From Eledone cirrhosa (taxonomy: Eukaryota), in the NCBI GenBank assembly GCA_964016885.1, contig OZ024743.1:155248001-155312000 (forward strand): DNA of 64,000 bases. Direction: 5' to 3'. The notes under the pieces were generated by a model. The model saw only the letters and a program-made list of their open reading frames with translations. It was not told where the DNA came from and made no database searches. Of the stretch, positions 48,765-62,526 are shown piece by piece. Made by a program: the position numbers and the translations under genes. Numbering within the stretch: the first letter of the stretch is position 1; each line of letters starts with the position of its first letter.

Positions 48765-48862
48765 GTAACCTTCTCGATCCACTCATACACATTTTTATAC
48801 GATAATGCACTATCACCGTATTGTGTTAAAAGCCTCCGATTAATTTCAGCTCCTGACAAAAC
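48765..48862 (-). mobile_element. Mariner transposase N-terminal HTH remnant
   Basis: SGAEINRRLLTQYGDSALSYKNVYEWIEK. Confidence 0.7.
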
Positions 48863-49945
48863 TCCGCATATGCGTATGTATATATTGATACCTATTATTT
48901 ATACATATTATTTCTGGTAATGTCTACAATTCTACTACCTAATTGTAGTTTTAATTAATATGCCATGGAAAATGGTGTAAAAGGAATATGAAACCCGAAA
49001 TGAGAGGATACGGAAGGAGAAAGACGTGCTCAGTGATTTGTATGAAAACATAAAATGAGAAATATTTATCAGTGCCACCCGCAGAAGTGAAATAACGTAT
49101 AGTTTTAGAATGACTTTCGATGAACTAAAGTTGAAAATTACGACAACAGAAAATATAATCAGCATTATTTAACCATTTAAGTAAACCCCACTACTCAGAG
49201 AAATTGTAAGGTTCATTAGGCAGTCTCATGAGTAAATTGTAAATGGAGTATATTGGATATAATAAACATAAATAAACAATGTAGAAATACATCCAGGGGC
49301 GTACATAACAGAAAATAGACTTGAACTATAGACAAAATGAAGAAGTAATGGTGGGAAAGCAATGATATCAAAAACTCGTTAAAACTTTACCAAATTTAAC
49401 ATGGTGGCTCACTAGAAAGCTGTGAAGTAATAATCGTCATTCTACACATCGGATATAGTCAATTTTTAGAAAGGTTAAGACAAAGACCCATAAAGAATTA
49501 TATATTCCCAGCAAAAATAAAAAGCAGCAATGCCATAATAACATCGTCACAACATAGTGACACAGGCATTATTATGACACATAGGAATTATTATGACACA
49601 TAGGAATAAACAAAATACACAGCTATACATAAAACCCCTCAGATAAAATGCAGAGGAAGAGTAGTAAATAGTTAGTGATGGGTAAGAATGATAAACATAT
49701 AAAACATAGAAATGTATACACATTCACATTACTGACATCGTAGCAAAATGTTAAGGAGAAGGTGGATTAATTCTGGAGTCATACAGGGAATGTGTCTCAG
49801 CCCTATGGTGTATACTTCCCAACTGTAAACACAAAATGCCAAGTAAAATCTTGATAATAGAAGGATGAGTATGGTACTATTTGGAAGCGAGATTGAAATG
49901 ATAAAAGCTGGTACATACAAACACACACACACGCACGCGCGCGCG

Positions 49946-50010
<65 letters not shown>

Positions 50011-50021
50011 TAATATAGAAG

Positions 50022-50072
50022 AGATTCTACAGGACTAGAACTGTTTCATTCATGAGAAATCATCAGGAATCT
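50022..50072 (-). ncRNA. Type I hammerhead ribozyme
   Basis: agattc-CTGATGA-t-ttc-tcat-gaa-t-GAAA-cag..ctg-TA-gaatct. Confidence 0.8.
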
Positions 50073-50342
50073 GACTGTTCAAGTAAATATGCTGGTATTT
50101 ATATCTTTTCTGGTGGTGGTAGAGAGTGGGGAGTGGGATGGGTGGAGGCCATTGGTTGAAAGAAAAGGGAATTCATTAAAAGCTAATTCTTATTTAGAGT
50201 GGTAATTTATATTTAGAGTGACAAAGGCAGAAAGAATTCTATAAAAAAGTTCAAATTTTGGGTAACTCTCCTTATTGTCAAGTTTCTCTTAAGCTATATT
50301 TCAGGTGTCTACAAGCACATTCACACACAACCACACAGACAA

Positions 50343-50382
<40 letters not shown>

Positions 50383-50388
<6 letters not shown>

Positions 50389-50729
50389 AAGTTAAGTAAA
50401 AGTCAAATGATTAAAATTTAGCTTCGTTTATTACTGCTATATATATTTCAGTGACAGCCATCTTTGGCTGTGACCTCTTCAGGCAGTTTGAATTAGTATG
50501 GTATAGACAAGTACATATACTAATTCAAACTGCCTGAAGAGGTCACAGCCAATGATGGCTGTCACTGAAATATATATAGCAGTAATAAACGAAGCTAAAT
50601 TTTAATCATTTGACTTTTATTTAACTTTATTTTACACTACTCCGGAGTAACCAAACCAACCTGCGCACTTCGTCGATTGCTCCAGCCTGCATACTGAGGT
50701 GTTGGTATACAACCAACATAAACTCAAAA

Positions 50730-50731
<2 letters not shown>
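50383..50731. mobile_element. Short fold-back element (arms 50383-50500 and 50517-50633, plus tail) with an HHR in each arm
   Basis: Near-perfect inverted repeat of about 117 bp; TA flanks. Confidence 0.85.
50529..50583 (+). ncRNA. Type I hammerhead ribozyme (copy on - at 50433-50487)
   Basis: actgc-CTGAAGA-ggtcacagcc..ggctgtcact-GAAA-tatata-TA-gcagt. Confidence 0.88.
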
Positions 50732-50777
<46 letters not shown>

Positions 50778-50789
50778 CATATATATATA

Positions 50790-53597
50790 TTTACGATCAC
50801 TTAGTTACATACAAACATTCTGCCTAAGAAAACTCATACAACACCTACACCGCATGCTACAACAACACATACGGACTATTTCCAGCCTTATACCACAACT
50901 CGCTGAAACTCCAGAACCTCTGTCCAGAATTATCTCCGCCGCTATAGACAGGTTATACCACCATCGCCGAGACTAAGAGAAAATACGCCTAACGCAAACA
51001 TTTCTCAAACTCAGCATGGCTAACCGTCTTAACAACATCCCAACTCTAAGCACCAACAGAGGGGAACAAGACGGTACCAACACCGAACCTAGCGGCGCCC
51101 CGACTAACAACACACCTGACGCAAAACACCTCGACACAGACTTGACAGGATCCCTCTCCCGAGAGGAATTAGACCTCCTCAGCCTGGGTCCCAAGTTCAT
51201 ATTGAAACAGAGACTGGACGACAAATTATGGCTCGACATAGAAACGAATTTCTGTCGGGCTGCTTACCAACTAAAATGGATATCGACTCTCGGCAACAAC
51301 ACCACGGAATCTAACAAACCCAAATTCCCGTTATACCAACTGCATTGCCCACTCTGTCCACCGCCTGCCAACCGTGAGCTTGAAAAAAAACTCTCGAGGC
51401 TAAAACATTCCGTATTTAACATCTTACGGAAACAGAAGAAGATAGTCCCAAACCTCTCCAGGACACAACAACTCGCCCTGAAGAACCTACGGAATAGGGA
51501 ACTTATATACTTACCATCCGACAAAGGTAAAGAGTTTTGCGTCATCTCTCAAGCCACATACAACAGACCTAGCCTTTGAACACCTAAGTGACAATGAATT
51601 TTATACAGAGATCCCGGACATGACTGCAGCCCATATCGAAAAACAGACCAACTCCATCTGGTTCGATATATGTAGGAGAAGACAACTCCCAAATAAATTT
51701 AAGCTCAACTACACTACTAGAAATAGCAGACTGCCCACTTTCTACCACCACTTTTCCCGGGCATGTCAGTAGCTCCGAGGAATTTATACGTAGACTACAC
51801 CAACTCCAGCCAGAACAACTTAAACTAAATAGATACACCTTTAGCCTCGACGTTGTCTCCCTCTACACTACAGTCCCCGCTCATCCAGCTGTCGATGTAT
51901 TGACGGACTGCGTGGTCGCAGAGGACATCCACTGCTACGGCCTCCATCCGACGGACATACACCAGCTTTTGTTCTTCACAGTAGACAACACGTACTTCAC
52001 CTTCCACCAAGACACATACAGACAGACAACAGGATTACCCATGAGATCCAGCCTATCGGGCCTGCTGGCCATCGCCTATATGAACCAGCTACAATGCCGA
52101 GCCCTGAACACCTGCTATTCCCATACCTTCTTCAGCCGATATGTAGATGACATACTCATCCTTACATCATCCCCTAAGGAGGCAGATACTATTTACACAA
52201 CATTCTCCAGCATGGACGCCAATATAAAGTTCAGCATGGAACACCCACGATGACCGCGGATCCCTATCCCTACTGGACTTCCAACTCAGGGTAACAGAGG
52301 AAAGCAACATCCACAACTGGTTCTATAAAAAAGCCGCCAGCAGGGACCTGTTCGTACATTTCAGATCGGCCCTCCCAGCCGGCGCTAGGTTCGGATACAT
52401 AAGGAACGAACTTACACGTATCTGGAACAAATGCACCGACGAAAGAGACCGAGACACACACACGACACACTTCCTGGAAGTACTCAAACTGAACCGATAC
52501 ACGACATCCACCACAAGCCGTGCCAGAGAGAACGGAGGACACCGCACTCGAGGCACTAACACTTGCTTTCTGAAGCTCCCACATTCAGTGACGAAACAAC
52601 AACAGCCATCCGCAGAGCTATCAGGCGAGAGGGACTAGATATCCAACTGGTCCACTCAGATCCTTCTCTACGCGGACAGCTAACCAACAGACACTCCACC
52701 AGACATGATAAGTGCTGCAGGCTAGCCTATCCAACTGCCCCATCAACGACACAGACCTATGCCACCAGGCTTACGTCGTATACAGTCTAGAGTGTGACAA
52801 ATCCAGCAACTTCTACGTAGGTAGCACCACCAGACCACTCCACATAAGAATAACAGAACACCTCAATACTAACGCCTACTCATTTAAGAAACACCTAGTT
52901 AAATGCAAAAACACTGACAGAGCCATAACAGTTAGGATAGAAACTAAGGAAAGAAACCTCGGCAATCTTAGAATTAAGGAAGCACTAATTATAGACAAAA
53001 CACAACCACCAATCAGTAATAGACTAGAACTCAACACCCAATTTATAACTTGATAGAGCTTCTAGCCCCATATTTACACCCACCACCGTACACACACGCA
53101 CATACACACGCACGCACACACATACACACACACGCTTACACCTCCACTTATTCTCTCTCACACACACACATACACACACAAAGACCAGTTCTAACACGAA
53201 ATAACATCTATCCACAACATTTACGTATAGACATATCTTCTCACACGCACACACACACACACACACTCACATACTTACACCTTCATGCATTCTCCCACAC
53301 ACTTAAACAAGCATGTACAAAAAAAAACCTTTTAAAGGGAGACTACTCTTAATCCACCTAATCTTAACACTTTAACTTTAGAGATAGAACAGATACTCTA
53401 TACCATTTCCTGTCAGCATGACTTGGCAAGCTATTTAGAACACTGGTTTAACCGCTTTACTTCCCTCCGATCCGAAGAAGAGATATCATCTCGAAAATTA
53501 AGGACATTTAAATCAATCTAAAAGACTAATTGTCAACGATATCTTTTGCATTTGCATATTCTTTATTCTATGTCCATACGTACATTGTTTTGGCTTT
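50790..53597 (+). mobile_element. Decayed PLE: frameshifted RT plus GIY-YIG at about 50800-53053, then 3' UTR
   Basis: LSLGPKF, PSDKG, SLDVVSLYT, QTTGLPM, FSRYVDD, YVVY..FYVGSTTRPL..R..EH. Confidence 0.92.
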
Positions 53598-53614
53598 ATT
53601 ATACATATACACAC

Positions 53615-53667
<53 letters not shown>

Positions 53668-53670
<3 letters not shown>

Positions 53671-54095
53671 CGAAGGAAATGTGGTAAGGAACCAGGTGAC
53701 CATAATGCACCAAAGAAATCAATAATTAGGGTAGTCAAGCCGTTTCGACGGCTAATTCTGGACTAGATGAACATTTTTATGCTGGTATATGAATAGCCGA
53801 GCTTCTCAGGGGGTAATTCCATAAATGGTAAAAGTGATTGTCACAAGGATTGGTCAAAAGTTTGTTGTTGAGACACATAAATCTATCATGGCATATGATA
53901 GAATTATTATTTGCCATGATAGAATTATGTGTCTCAAAAACAAACTTTTGATCAATCCTTGTGACAATCACTTTTACCATATATGGAATTAACCCCTGAG
54001 GAGCTCGGCTATTCATATACCAGGATAAAACTGTTCATTTAGTCCAGAATTAGCCGTCTAAACGGCTTCAGCTCAGCCGTCGGGGTCCTACCCGT

Positions 54096-54098
<3 letters not shown>
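53668..54098. mobile_element. Fold-back element made only of the 3' ends of the 39447-43595 family
   Basis: Arms 53737-53892 and 53913-54068 align to 43330-43595. Confidence 0.88.
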
Positions 54099-54153
<55 letters not shown>

Positions 54154-54170
54154 ATACATATATATATACA

Positions 54171-54252
<82 letters not shown>

Positions 54253-54281
54253 TATATATGTATATATATATATATGTATAC

Positions 54282-54312
<31 letters not shown>

Positions 54313-54328
54313 CCTATATATATATATA

Positions 54329-54372
<44 letters not shown>

Positions 54373-54437
54373 TATATGTATATATATATATATACATATA
54401 TATATATACATATATATATATACCTATATATATATAT

Positions 54438-54495
<58 letters not shown>

Positions 54496-54497
54496 AA

Positions 54498-54640
<143 letters not shown>

Positions 54641-56360
54641 GCGGCGACCAAGACAACCGACAGTATGGTAAGTGTTACCCGACTGGTATCGCCACCCGCT
54701 ACAGCCTATTAGAGTTATTCCTTAACTATGAGAAAGACCAGCAACGGCGGCGGCATATTACCAACACCCTCCCACCGGCGTCTAGCCACACATAAAAAGT
54801 ACGGAGGTAAGACGCTCCCACCCGAACATAAAGTAATGGGGACGGATAACCGGCTACAGCACAGGAACAACCGTAAGTACTGTCAACTAGGAAGCACAAC
54901 CTGTAGCAAACCCACTGTAAAGCGGAAACACCACCGTAATATCATATGGTTACCCCACCTACTCTCGGAGTGTGACCTCCGACGTACCGAGGATATTTTT
55001 CGAAGCCTTGGAGAGGAATTTCCCACCTAATCATAAATACAAAAAACACTTAACAGGAACACTATCGAAATATCCTTCTCTACCACCACCAATCTAGCTG
55101 ACACCATAGGAGCAACTAATCACAGTAAGATTAAAAAAACACTACACTTTAGAACAGATATATCTAGAGCTGACAGCAATACTAATAACCTTAACATCCC
55201 CCTAACAGCACCAAATAGGGTGAATTGCCGCCCTAGCAGACGAAACCCACCTAACCAGGCCGGAATTGGAGAATATACCGGCGACCCACACGCGTCACCT
55301 ACCCACAGCAGAAGGGGCTGCGGCGTACGGAATAATTATGTTACAACACCGCACGCCTTGAGAGTTAACAGTACCAATGACAGAGTTAGATACATAGATA
55401 ACAACATAGATAGCAATAGTAATAGCTTTACTTCAGGAACTAGGAGCGACCATGACAGAAAATACAATTGTCGTGACAGGCGTGGATGCCTTCTCAGGGG
55501 AAACTGCCTGACTGATAAGGTTATTTATAGGTACACCGTAACTAGCCATAGCGGAGTTAAACACTATATAGGAGCCACATCTGGCCAGTTTAAAACGAGA
55601 TTTAGAACGCATCTGCAATCTTTCTGGAACAAACAACTAAGACACTCCACATCGTTTGCCAACTACGTCACCACATTGCAAAACCCCAACATAAGATTCT
55701 CCACACACTGGGATATTGTCAGTAAGGCTGCACCCTACAACTTCAGGGGACAATTCCAGCTCTGCCTCGTGGAACTGTACTACACCATAAGAACACCCCA
55801 CGAGTACATAAACAACAGAGCAGAATCAGTTATTAATTGTAAAGACCGTGTACAGGCGTCGTGTTTTGCCTGGGAGGCGACTGTGACATGAAAACTACTA
55901 ACTGGGTCCCCCTGCCCGAACCATAACACCCAGGTGGGCAGGCAGTATGAACAAACATCTGTGAACCAAATGTACACCGAAGACCATACTCGAACAAGTA
56001 TTAGTGAAGCAACATCCACTAAATAATAAATGTACACCCCAGACCCGACCTATACTGGCACTACTGAAACAACACACATAATATAAAGATGCTAAACACC
56101 AGCATATGAACAGGCATAACAATCCACACGGGACTGATTGCTTGAACACCAGCCAGAGTTGCTCCCCCTGCTCTGTGATAATAAAAAACACATTCATAGA
56201 GGGGAAAAAATGAACAATGATGTTAATTCAACCGGGAATTCCCTCTTGGGTCCTATATTGATCATTATTTTGCTTTCCATACCCTTGCAAAACGTACGTA
56301 GGCGCACTATTATATAAACATATTTTAACGGTTTTAAACTCTTTGTATTCATTTCCTATA
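54641..56360 (+). mobile_element. Decayed, 5'-truncated Naiad-like PLE (GIY-YIG at about 55460-55890)
   Basis: RNIIW, FPPNHKY, NCRDRRGCLLRGNC, HYIGAT..FKTR, WDIVSKAAPY. Confidence 0.85.
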
Positions 56361-56364
56361 TATG

Positions 56365-56505
<141 letters not shown>

Positions 56506-56692
56506 ATACACATACACACATATACATACATACCTATATATATATATATATATATGTGGTATTTTCTTCGGGGTTATAGGAGGCTTAGCTCTGTTTCTCG
56601 ACCGTTATATCGCGTGACTATCTCCCCCTCCGCCTTTTGGGATTCTTTCTCACGTCGTGTAAACGCGTTCTTGAGACTAGTAAAATGAGGTA

Positions 56693-56782
56693 TCCTCTTG
56701 ATAAGTCGGCAGACCTCGCAAGGACTCTATATCTTTATGATATATTGTTTTTGTTTATGCCACGAAACTACGTAGTCGAGGA
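56693..56782 (+). ncRNA. Decayed hammerhead ribozyme in a short TA-flanked element (56557-56832)
   Basis: tcctc-TTGATAA-gtcggca..tgccac-GAAA-ctacgtag-TC-gagga. Confidence 0.55.
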
Positions 56783-56850
56783 ATTTAGGAGCATTTAGGT
56801 ATGATACATTGTATTACTAATTATATCTAAATGTTTCTTCTCTCTTCATA

Positions 56851-56923
<73 letters not shown>

Positions 56924-56934
56924 TATATATATTT

Positions 56935-57500
56935 AAAAGAATAGAGGTATAACACACGAGTTTTGATATATTGGTAAAAGGAAAAGAAAATGCTGACAAA
57001 TTGTTCCCAGTGAAAAATAGTTTAATTAGGAATAATTAAACATTAGTGATAAGTATTGGTAAGTATTCAGTTTTGGTTTTAAGTTTGCACATTTCTAATG
57101 CTTTTCAAAAATAATTTTGAGATAGAGCGCCCGTGATGTTTGCTCTAATCTGATTAGTTTTGGTAATTCTACCTGTTTTATGTGAAAAAAGTGGCTCCAG
57201 ATGTATTAAAATAAGTTTCGCGCTAATTCGTGTTGCAAAATTCTTGTGGTCAAAACAATTTTGATTGGTCGGTAGAGGTCGTGTGAATGTTAAAAATTGA
57301 TTTTGCGCCAAATGTAGGTTTGTCTCCAGTGATTGAGAAGTCACTGAAAAATAAATCTTTTTAGACAAATATGTGTGTGTGTGTGTGTGTGTGTGTGTAG
57401 TAGTAAAGAGGTTCATTGTTGTTATAATGGTCAGTAGGGATGTGTGTATGAATTGCAGTCATGTTGACAGGTCAACAGTTCAGGTGCCTATCAATACAAG

Positions 57501-57531
<31 letters not shown>

Positions 57532-57734
57532 TGTGTGTGTGTGTAGCAGAGTAATTCGTGGTAGAGGGGGATCGGACAGTAGGAATGTGTCTGTACGCGT
57601 GTGGGGATATTTTAACATGTTAAAATATATTTTTCAGCTCTTCTATTATACGGAGAAATGTGTGTGTGTGTGTGTGTGTATATGTCTCTTTGTATGTTAG
57701 TGTACGCATGTGTATGTGTGTGTATATATAGGTG

Positions 57735-57767
<33 letters not shown>

Positions 57768-60700
57768 TTGGACCAGTATGTTTGTGATACTGGTAAAAAT
57801 GGTGTACATTATTCGATATTTTCAGTAAAAACGATTCTCTCAATAGAACATCAACAACCATAATAATAAAAGGTGTGAAATGACATATTATTGTCACAAC
57901 ACCAAGGTGTGTGTGAGAGTGTCCAGATTGAACGTACTGCAAGGGGAATCCCTTAGGCACTGCCGTATTGGAATACTGTGTACAAATATGTATGTGCCCA
58001 TCAGTGTGCAATGCATGTGTGCGTATATGTATGTGTGTGTGTCCGCACGTTTATATATATAGATATCAAAAGGTATGCAAATTTGTGTATATTTGTGTTG
58101 CACCATAGACCATGTGTGTTTGCGTATGTCATTGTGTTTATATGTGGATAGAGATGTATGGAGGATGGATGCTGATGTAGGTATGTATGTTGACGTGTGT
58201 ATGTTGTGGGTTCGTCTTAGGGAGAAGTGTTTATACGGGGTCCGTATTTGTTAATAAAGTGAGATTCCTTGCTGATGCGCTGGGTGTGGGTGGCATTATC
58301 TTTAAATTTGTAGAGGGGAAAGTTTCTGAAGTTGGGATGATTTTGGGCGGCACAGGTATCGATGTGTTAACTCAGTGATATTTTCCTGTATTCCTGTATT
58401 TTAATTTGGCATCTATGGACAGTCATGCGTTGGCGGAGGCTGTTTATGGTCTGCCCTATGTATTGTTCTCAACAACCTGAGCAAGTTTATTCATATATTA
58501 GATTTTCTGATGCGCATGTGAAATTGTGTTTTACTATAAAACGTTGTCCTTCTTTGAAATAGAATTCCGAACCCTCTATTAGGTTGATGCATACGCCACA
58601 GTTGGATCTATCGCATTTTTTTCCTGTGGGTTTCGTTGTCAAGGTTGGCAGTACTTTGGCATGCGTTAGGATGTTTTTCATTGAGTTAGATTGTCTTTTG
58701 CTCTTTATGTTATCGTGTGTTCGTAGGATTTGGTTCATTCTATGGTCCTTTTTTAACACAGCGATGTTCTGGTGGATGGTGTCAAAAGCCTCATTGTTGA
58801 GGGGGTTGTGTGTGGAGATGTATGGAAGAGCTTTTAGTTTCGGTTGATTTACTTTAGGGTGTCTAAGGTCCGGGGTACTGAGTTTTAGGGCACGTTGGAT
58901 TTCATTGTCAATTAATGATGCAGGGTAGTCCCTGCCTATGAGCGTGTCCTTTAGTTCTTGTAGCCGTAAGTAACAGGTGTTTTTTATTGGATACTATAGT
59001 ACACATTCTCTTAGCTAAGTTGTAGGGAATATTAATTTTAACATGTCTAATGTGGCAAGAGTTGAAAGGAAGATATTGCTTGGAGTCTGTGGGATTGTAG
59101 TATATGTCTGTTTCTATTTTTTTGTTATGAATCTTAATGAGGATGTCGAGGAAGGGGAGTTGTTGATGGCTGTATTCCATCGTAAAGTTAATATTCGTGT
59201 TGAGCCCATTTATAAGGGTGTGAAATTCTTTAAGTTTCTCGAGGTTTTCGTGCCAAAGGTTGAATCACTCATTTAGATATCGCTTCCAGTTCCTTTATAT
59301 GTGTAAGTGGAGAGTGTTTCCAAATTTGTTTAGTACTTTAGTGTAGAGGGTGATTTCCAGGTATCCCATGACTACGTTGGCATAAGTGGGGGCTGTTTTC
59401 GTTCCCATAGCGGTCCCAGATTTCTGCCTGTAGAATTTCTTATTGAAAACGAAGTAATTGTTCTCCAAGATAAACTTGAGTTCCTCTATCACGAATTCCT
59501 TTTTGGTGCGTGTGAGTTCATTGTGGTAATTATCCAGCCAGAATTGGATAGCTTCTATTCCTAGGTTGTGGGGGATGTTGGAGTATAGGTTGACTACATC
59601 GAACATCACTAGTAGGGTTTGTTCAGAAAGGGGCATATTAGGGAGGTGATTGAGCATATCTAGGTCGTCTCTTATATAGCTTTTGATGTTTTTGAGAAAG
59701 GGCTTGAGAAGTGTATCAATGAAGTTGCTAAGGCGGTGGGTTTCGCAAGCGGGGCCTGCTATTATAGGTCTTAATGTGAGATCATTTTGTGAGGGGACAT
59801 TGATGACTATGTCTGTGGCTTCCTTGCATGCCTTACTTATTAATTCGCTTTTATTCGATGTTAGGGATACCGTAGAAAAGGCTGGATTTACTTGTGAAGT
59901 CTGTGATGAAATGAATTCCTTGTTAGAGTTTTTAGGTTTCTCATAATTTTCTGTTGAATGTAGTGTTCAGCCTTTTCGTAGTATGTTTCGTTTTCCAAAG
60001 TGGAGAGCGCTAAGTTGATATACAGTTCTGTCTCCATTAGGACTACTGTACTCCCTTTATCAGCCTCTTTAATTGTAATAGTTCTGTCGGTTTTTAATCT
60101 ATTTAATTATTCCCATTCTTTCTTGTTGAGGTTTGGCTTGTGTTTTTGTCTGTGCAAGTGTTGGTAAGGGAGTTTGTGATGTGTTCACATACTTCGTCCA
60201 GGATTTCATTTCTACCGTTTGATGGGGTGTAGTTGCTTCTATTTCTGGCTAATGATTCATCCTCATTGTACTGGTCGAATAGTTCTTCACTGAATCGTAA
60301 CTTTCTACAGAAGTCTGTGATGTCTTCCTTCATTTCATAGTAGTTAGGACGTAGTGGGGTCGGTGTGAATTTAAACCTTTGGAGAGCAAGTTGATAAGGT
60401 TGGGTGTTGGTTCGGCACTAGTTAGATTGATAATTTTTAATACTCTCGGTTTCTCCTCCCTGTCTTGTGTTATTGTGTTTGCCTGTATCTGTGTGCTGTG
60501 TCGAAAAGATGGTTGGGGTAGAGGGGTTGTCTGCTGATGTTAAGAGGTCTCCTGTGTTTGTTATATTCCTTGTTGTTGTCAAATGTGGTTCGTGTTCGTG
60601 GTTGTAGATTGAATGGGGTGTTCCTGCATTCCGAGTATGGATGTGTTTCTATGTGCCATGTTGCATTGTGGTGTTATAGGTGGCCTACGTTGTTGGTTGT

Positions 60701-62518
60701 ATCGTGTGGTGTTGGTTTGTTGTGTATTGTGGAAGCGAGAGTTGAGAAAATGGAAATTACCTTGCTGTCCCCTTGAAGCGGGGAAGTTGTTACATCTATC
60801 ATGGTGGTGGTATCTTTTCCCTATGTTTGACGATGAGGCATCCGCGTACTAGTTGAGTGATTTGGTATGGTGTCTCCTTGAAGGGGGAAAGTTGTAAATG
60901 TAATTCTGGGGGTGATGATTTCTAGGGTTTTTGTTTCTTCTTATGGTAGGGAGGTTGGGAAGTTCATCTTCGGTGTGGTGCTTCCTTCTTCTTTTGTTAG
61001 TGACTGGGGGGATTGCGAAGTTGTTGTGCGGTTCGGATATGGGTTTTCCTATTTTTATGAACGGGTTATTGGAGGTGTAATCCGTTTGAAAATCGATTCA
61101 TAGTTTAGGAACCAAGCGGCACTTTTTTCCCAGCGTTGAAGGGATTTTAGTTCTTCTCTGTTGCAGTCCCCTTTCCATAATTTAGAGATCTTCTCTACCT
61201 TGGGACCTTCAGTCTTATTGTTGATTTCCAGGAGGATCTCTTTATCGATGGTTTTGATTTTGTCCTCATTTGTCTGGGCCCTCAATTTAAGAAGTTCAAT
61301 TTCTGTCTTCATATTTTCCAATGCCATTCTTTCCCTAAGGTATCTTTGAGGTTCGGGTTCATTTGGAATGGGCTTTATTTGTATTTTACGGGGGAGAGTT
61401 AGAGGAGTTGAGTTAAGCCATTTTTCATATATCTCCGCTTTGTTGTGATATTGTATCATCTTCCAGAATGAGAACATTCTGTCTCTGGGGGATTTGTTCC
61501 ATTTTGGAATTGTTCGAATTTTCATTTTGTATGAATCAATCTCACATGGTTCTTCGTTGGGTTTTCCTGGGTTGGTAGTAGTGAACATAGTTTGGATAGT
61601 ATCGCAAAGGTTTTGAAGTTTATCGCCGATTTCGGAGGGTTTCTATCCGGTGATGGTTTCCTCATTTGTGGAGTCATGTTTGTCGAGCAGCACAGATAGG
61701 TTGGTGTTAATTTTCTTGAGCACCTGTAGAATCTCTTCATTTGTGTTGATAAGAGTTGTATCTGTTTTTGTTGGCATTTTCTGTATCTCGTGTGAGGATA
61801 TGATATTTAAAAGAATAGAGGTGTCACACACGAGTTATGATATATTGGTAAAAGGAAAAGAAAATGCTGACAAATTGTTCCCAGTAAAAAAATAGTTTAA
61901 TTAGGAATAAGTAAAAATTAGTGATAAGTATTGGTTAGTATTCAGTTTGGGTTTTAAGTTTTAACGGTTGCGCATTTCTAATGTTTTTCAAAAATAATTT
62001 TGAGATAGAACGCCCGTGATGTTTGCTCTAATCTGATTAGTTTTGGTAATTCTACCAGTTTTATGTGAAAAAAGTGGCTCCAGAGGCATTAAAATAAGTT
62101 TCGCGCTAATTCGTGTTGCCAATTCGTCTCAATCAACCGAGACAAACCTACATTCGGCGCAAAATCAATTTTTAACATTCACATGACCTCTACCGACTAA
62201 TCAAAATTGTTTTGACCACAAGAATTTTTGCAACACGAATTGGCACGAAACTTATTTTAATACATCTGGAGCCACTTTTTTCACATAAAACAGGTAGAAT
62301 TTCCAAAACTATTCAGATTAGAGCAAACATCACGGGTGTTCTATCTCAAAATTATATTCGAAAAGCATTAGAAATGCGCAACCAGTAAAAACTTAAAATC
62401 AAAACTGAATACTACCCAATACTTATCACTAATTTTTACTTATTCCTAATTAAACTATTTTTCACTAATTAAACTATTTTTCACATTTGTCAGCATTTTC
62501 TTTTCCTTTTACCAATAT
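56935..62518 (-). mobile_element. Near full-length Neptune-like PLE with direct pLTRs (56935-57240 and 61803-62125) and an inverted arm (62135-62518)
   Basis: pLTR alignments; RT and GIY-YIG remnants; TA flanks. Confidence 0.92.
58220..61831 (-). pseudogene. Neptune-like polyprotein (long N-terminal region, RT, Zn linker, GIY-YIG) with frameshifts
   Basis: ADKG, RPIIAG, FDVVNLYSNIP, QKSGTAMGT..APTYAN, LPFLDI, CDRSNCGVC, FTCASENLIY, QYIGQT. Confidence 0.9.
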
Positions 62519-62526
62519 ATATATAT

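Noticed and set aside
48950-49560. Purine-rich, decayed ORF-like stretch
   Set aside because: Multiple stop codons and no recognisable motif
53465-53507. CCGAAGA-a-gagat..atctc-GAAA in a PLE 3' UTR
   Set aside because: No convincing stem I or UH cleavage site
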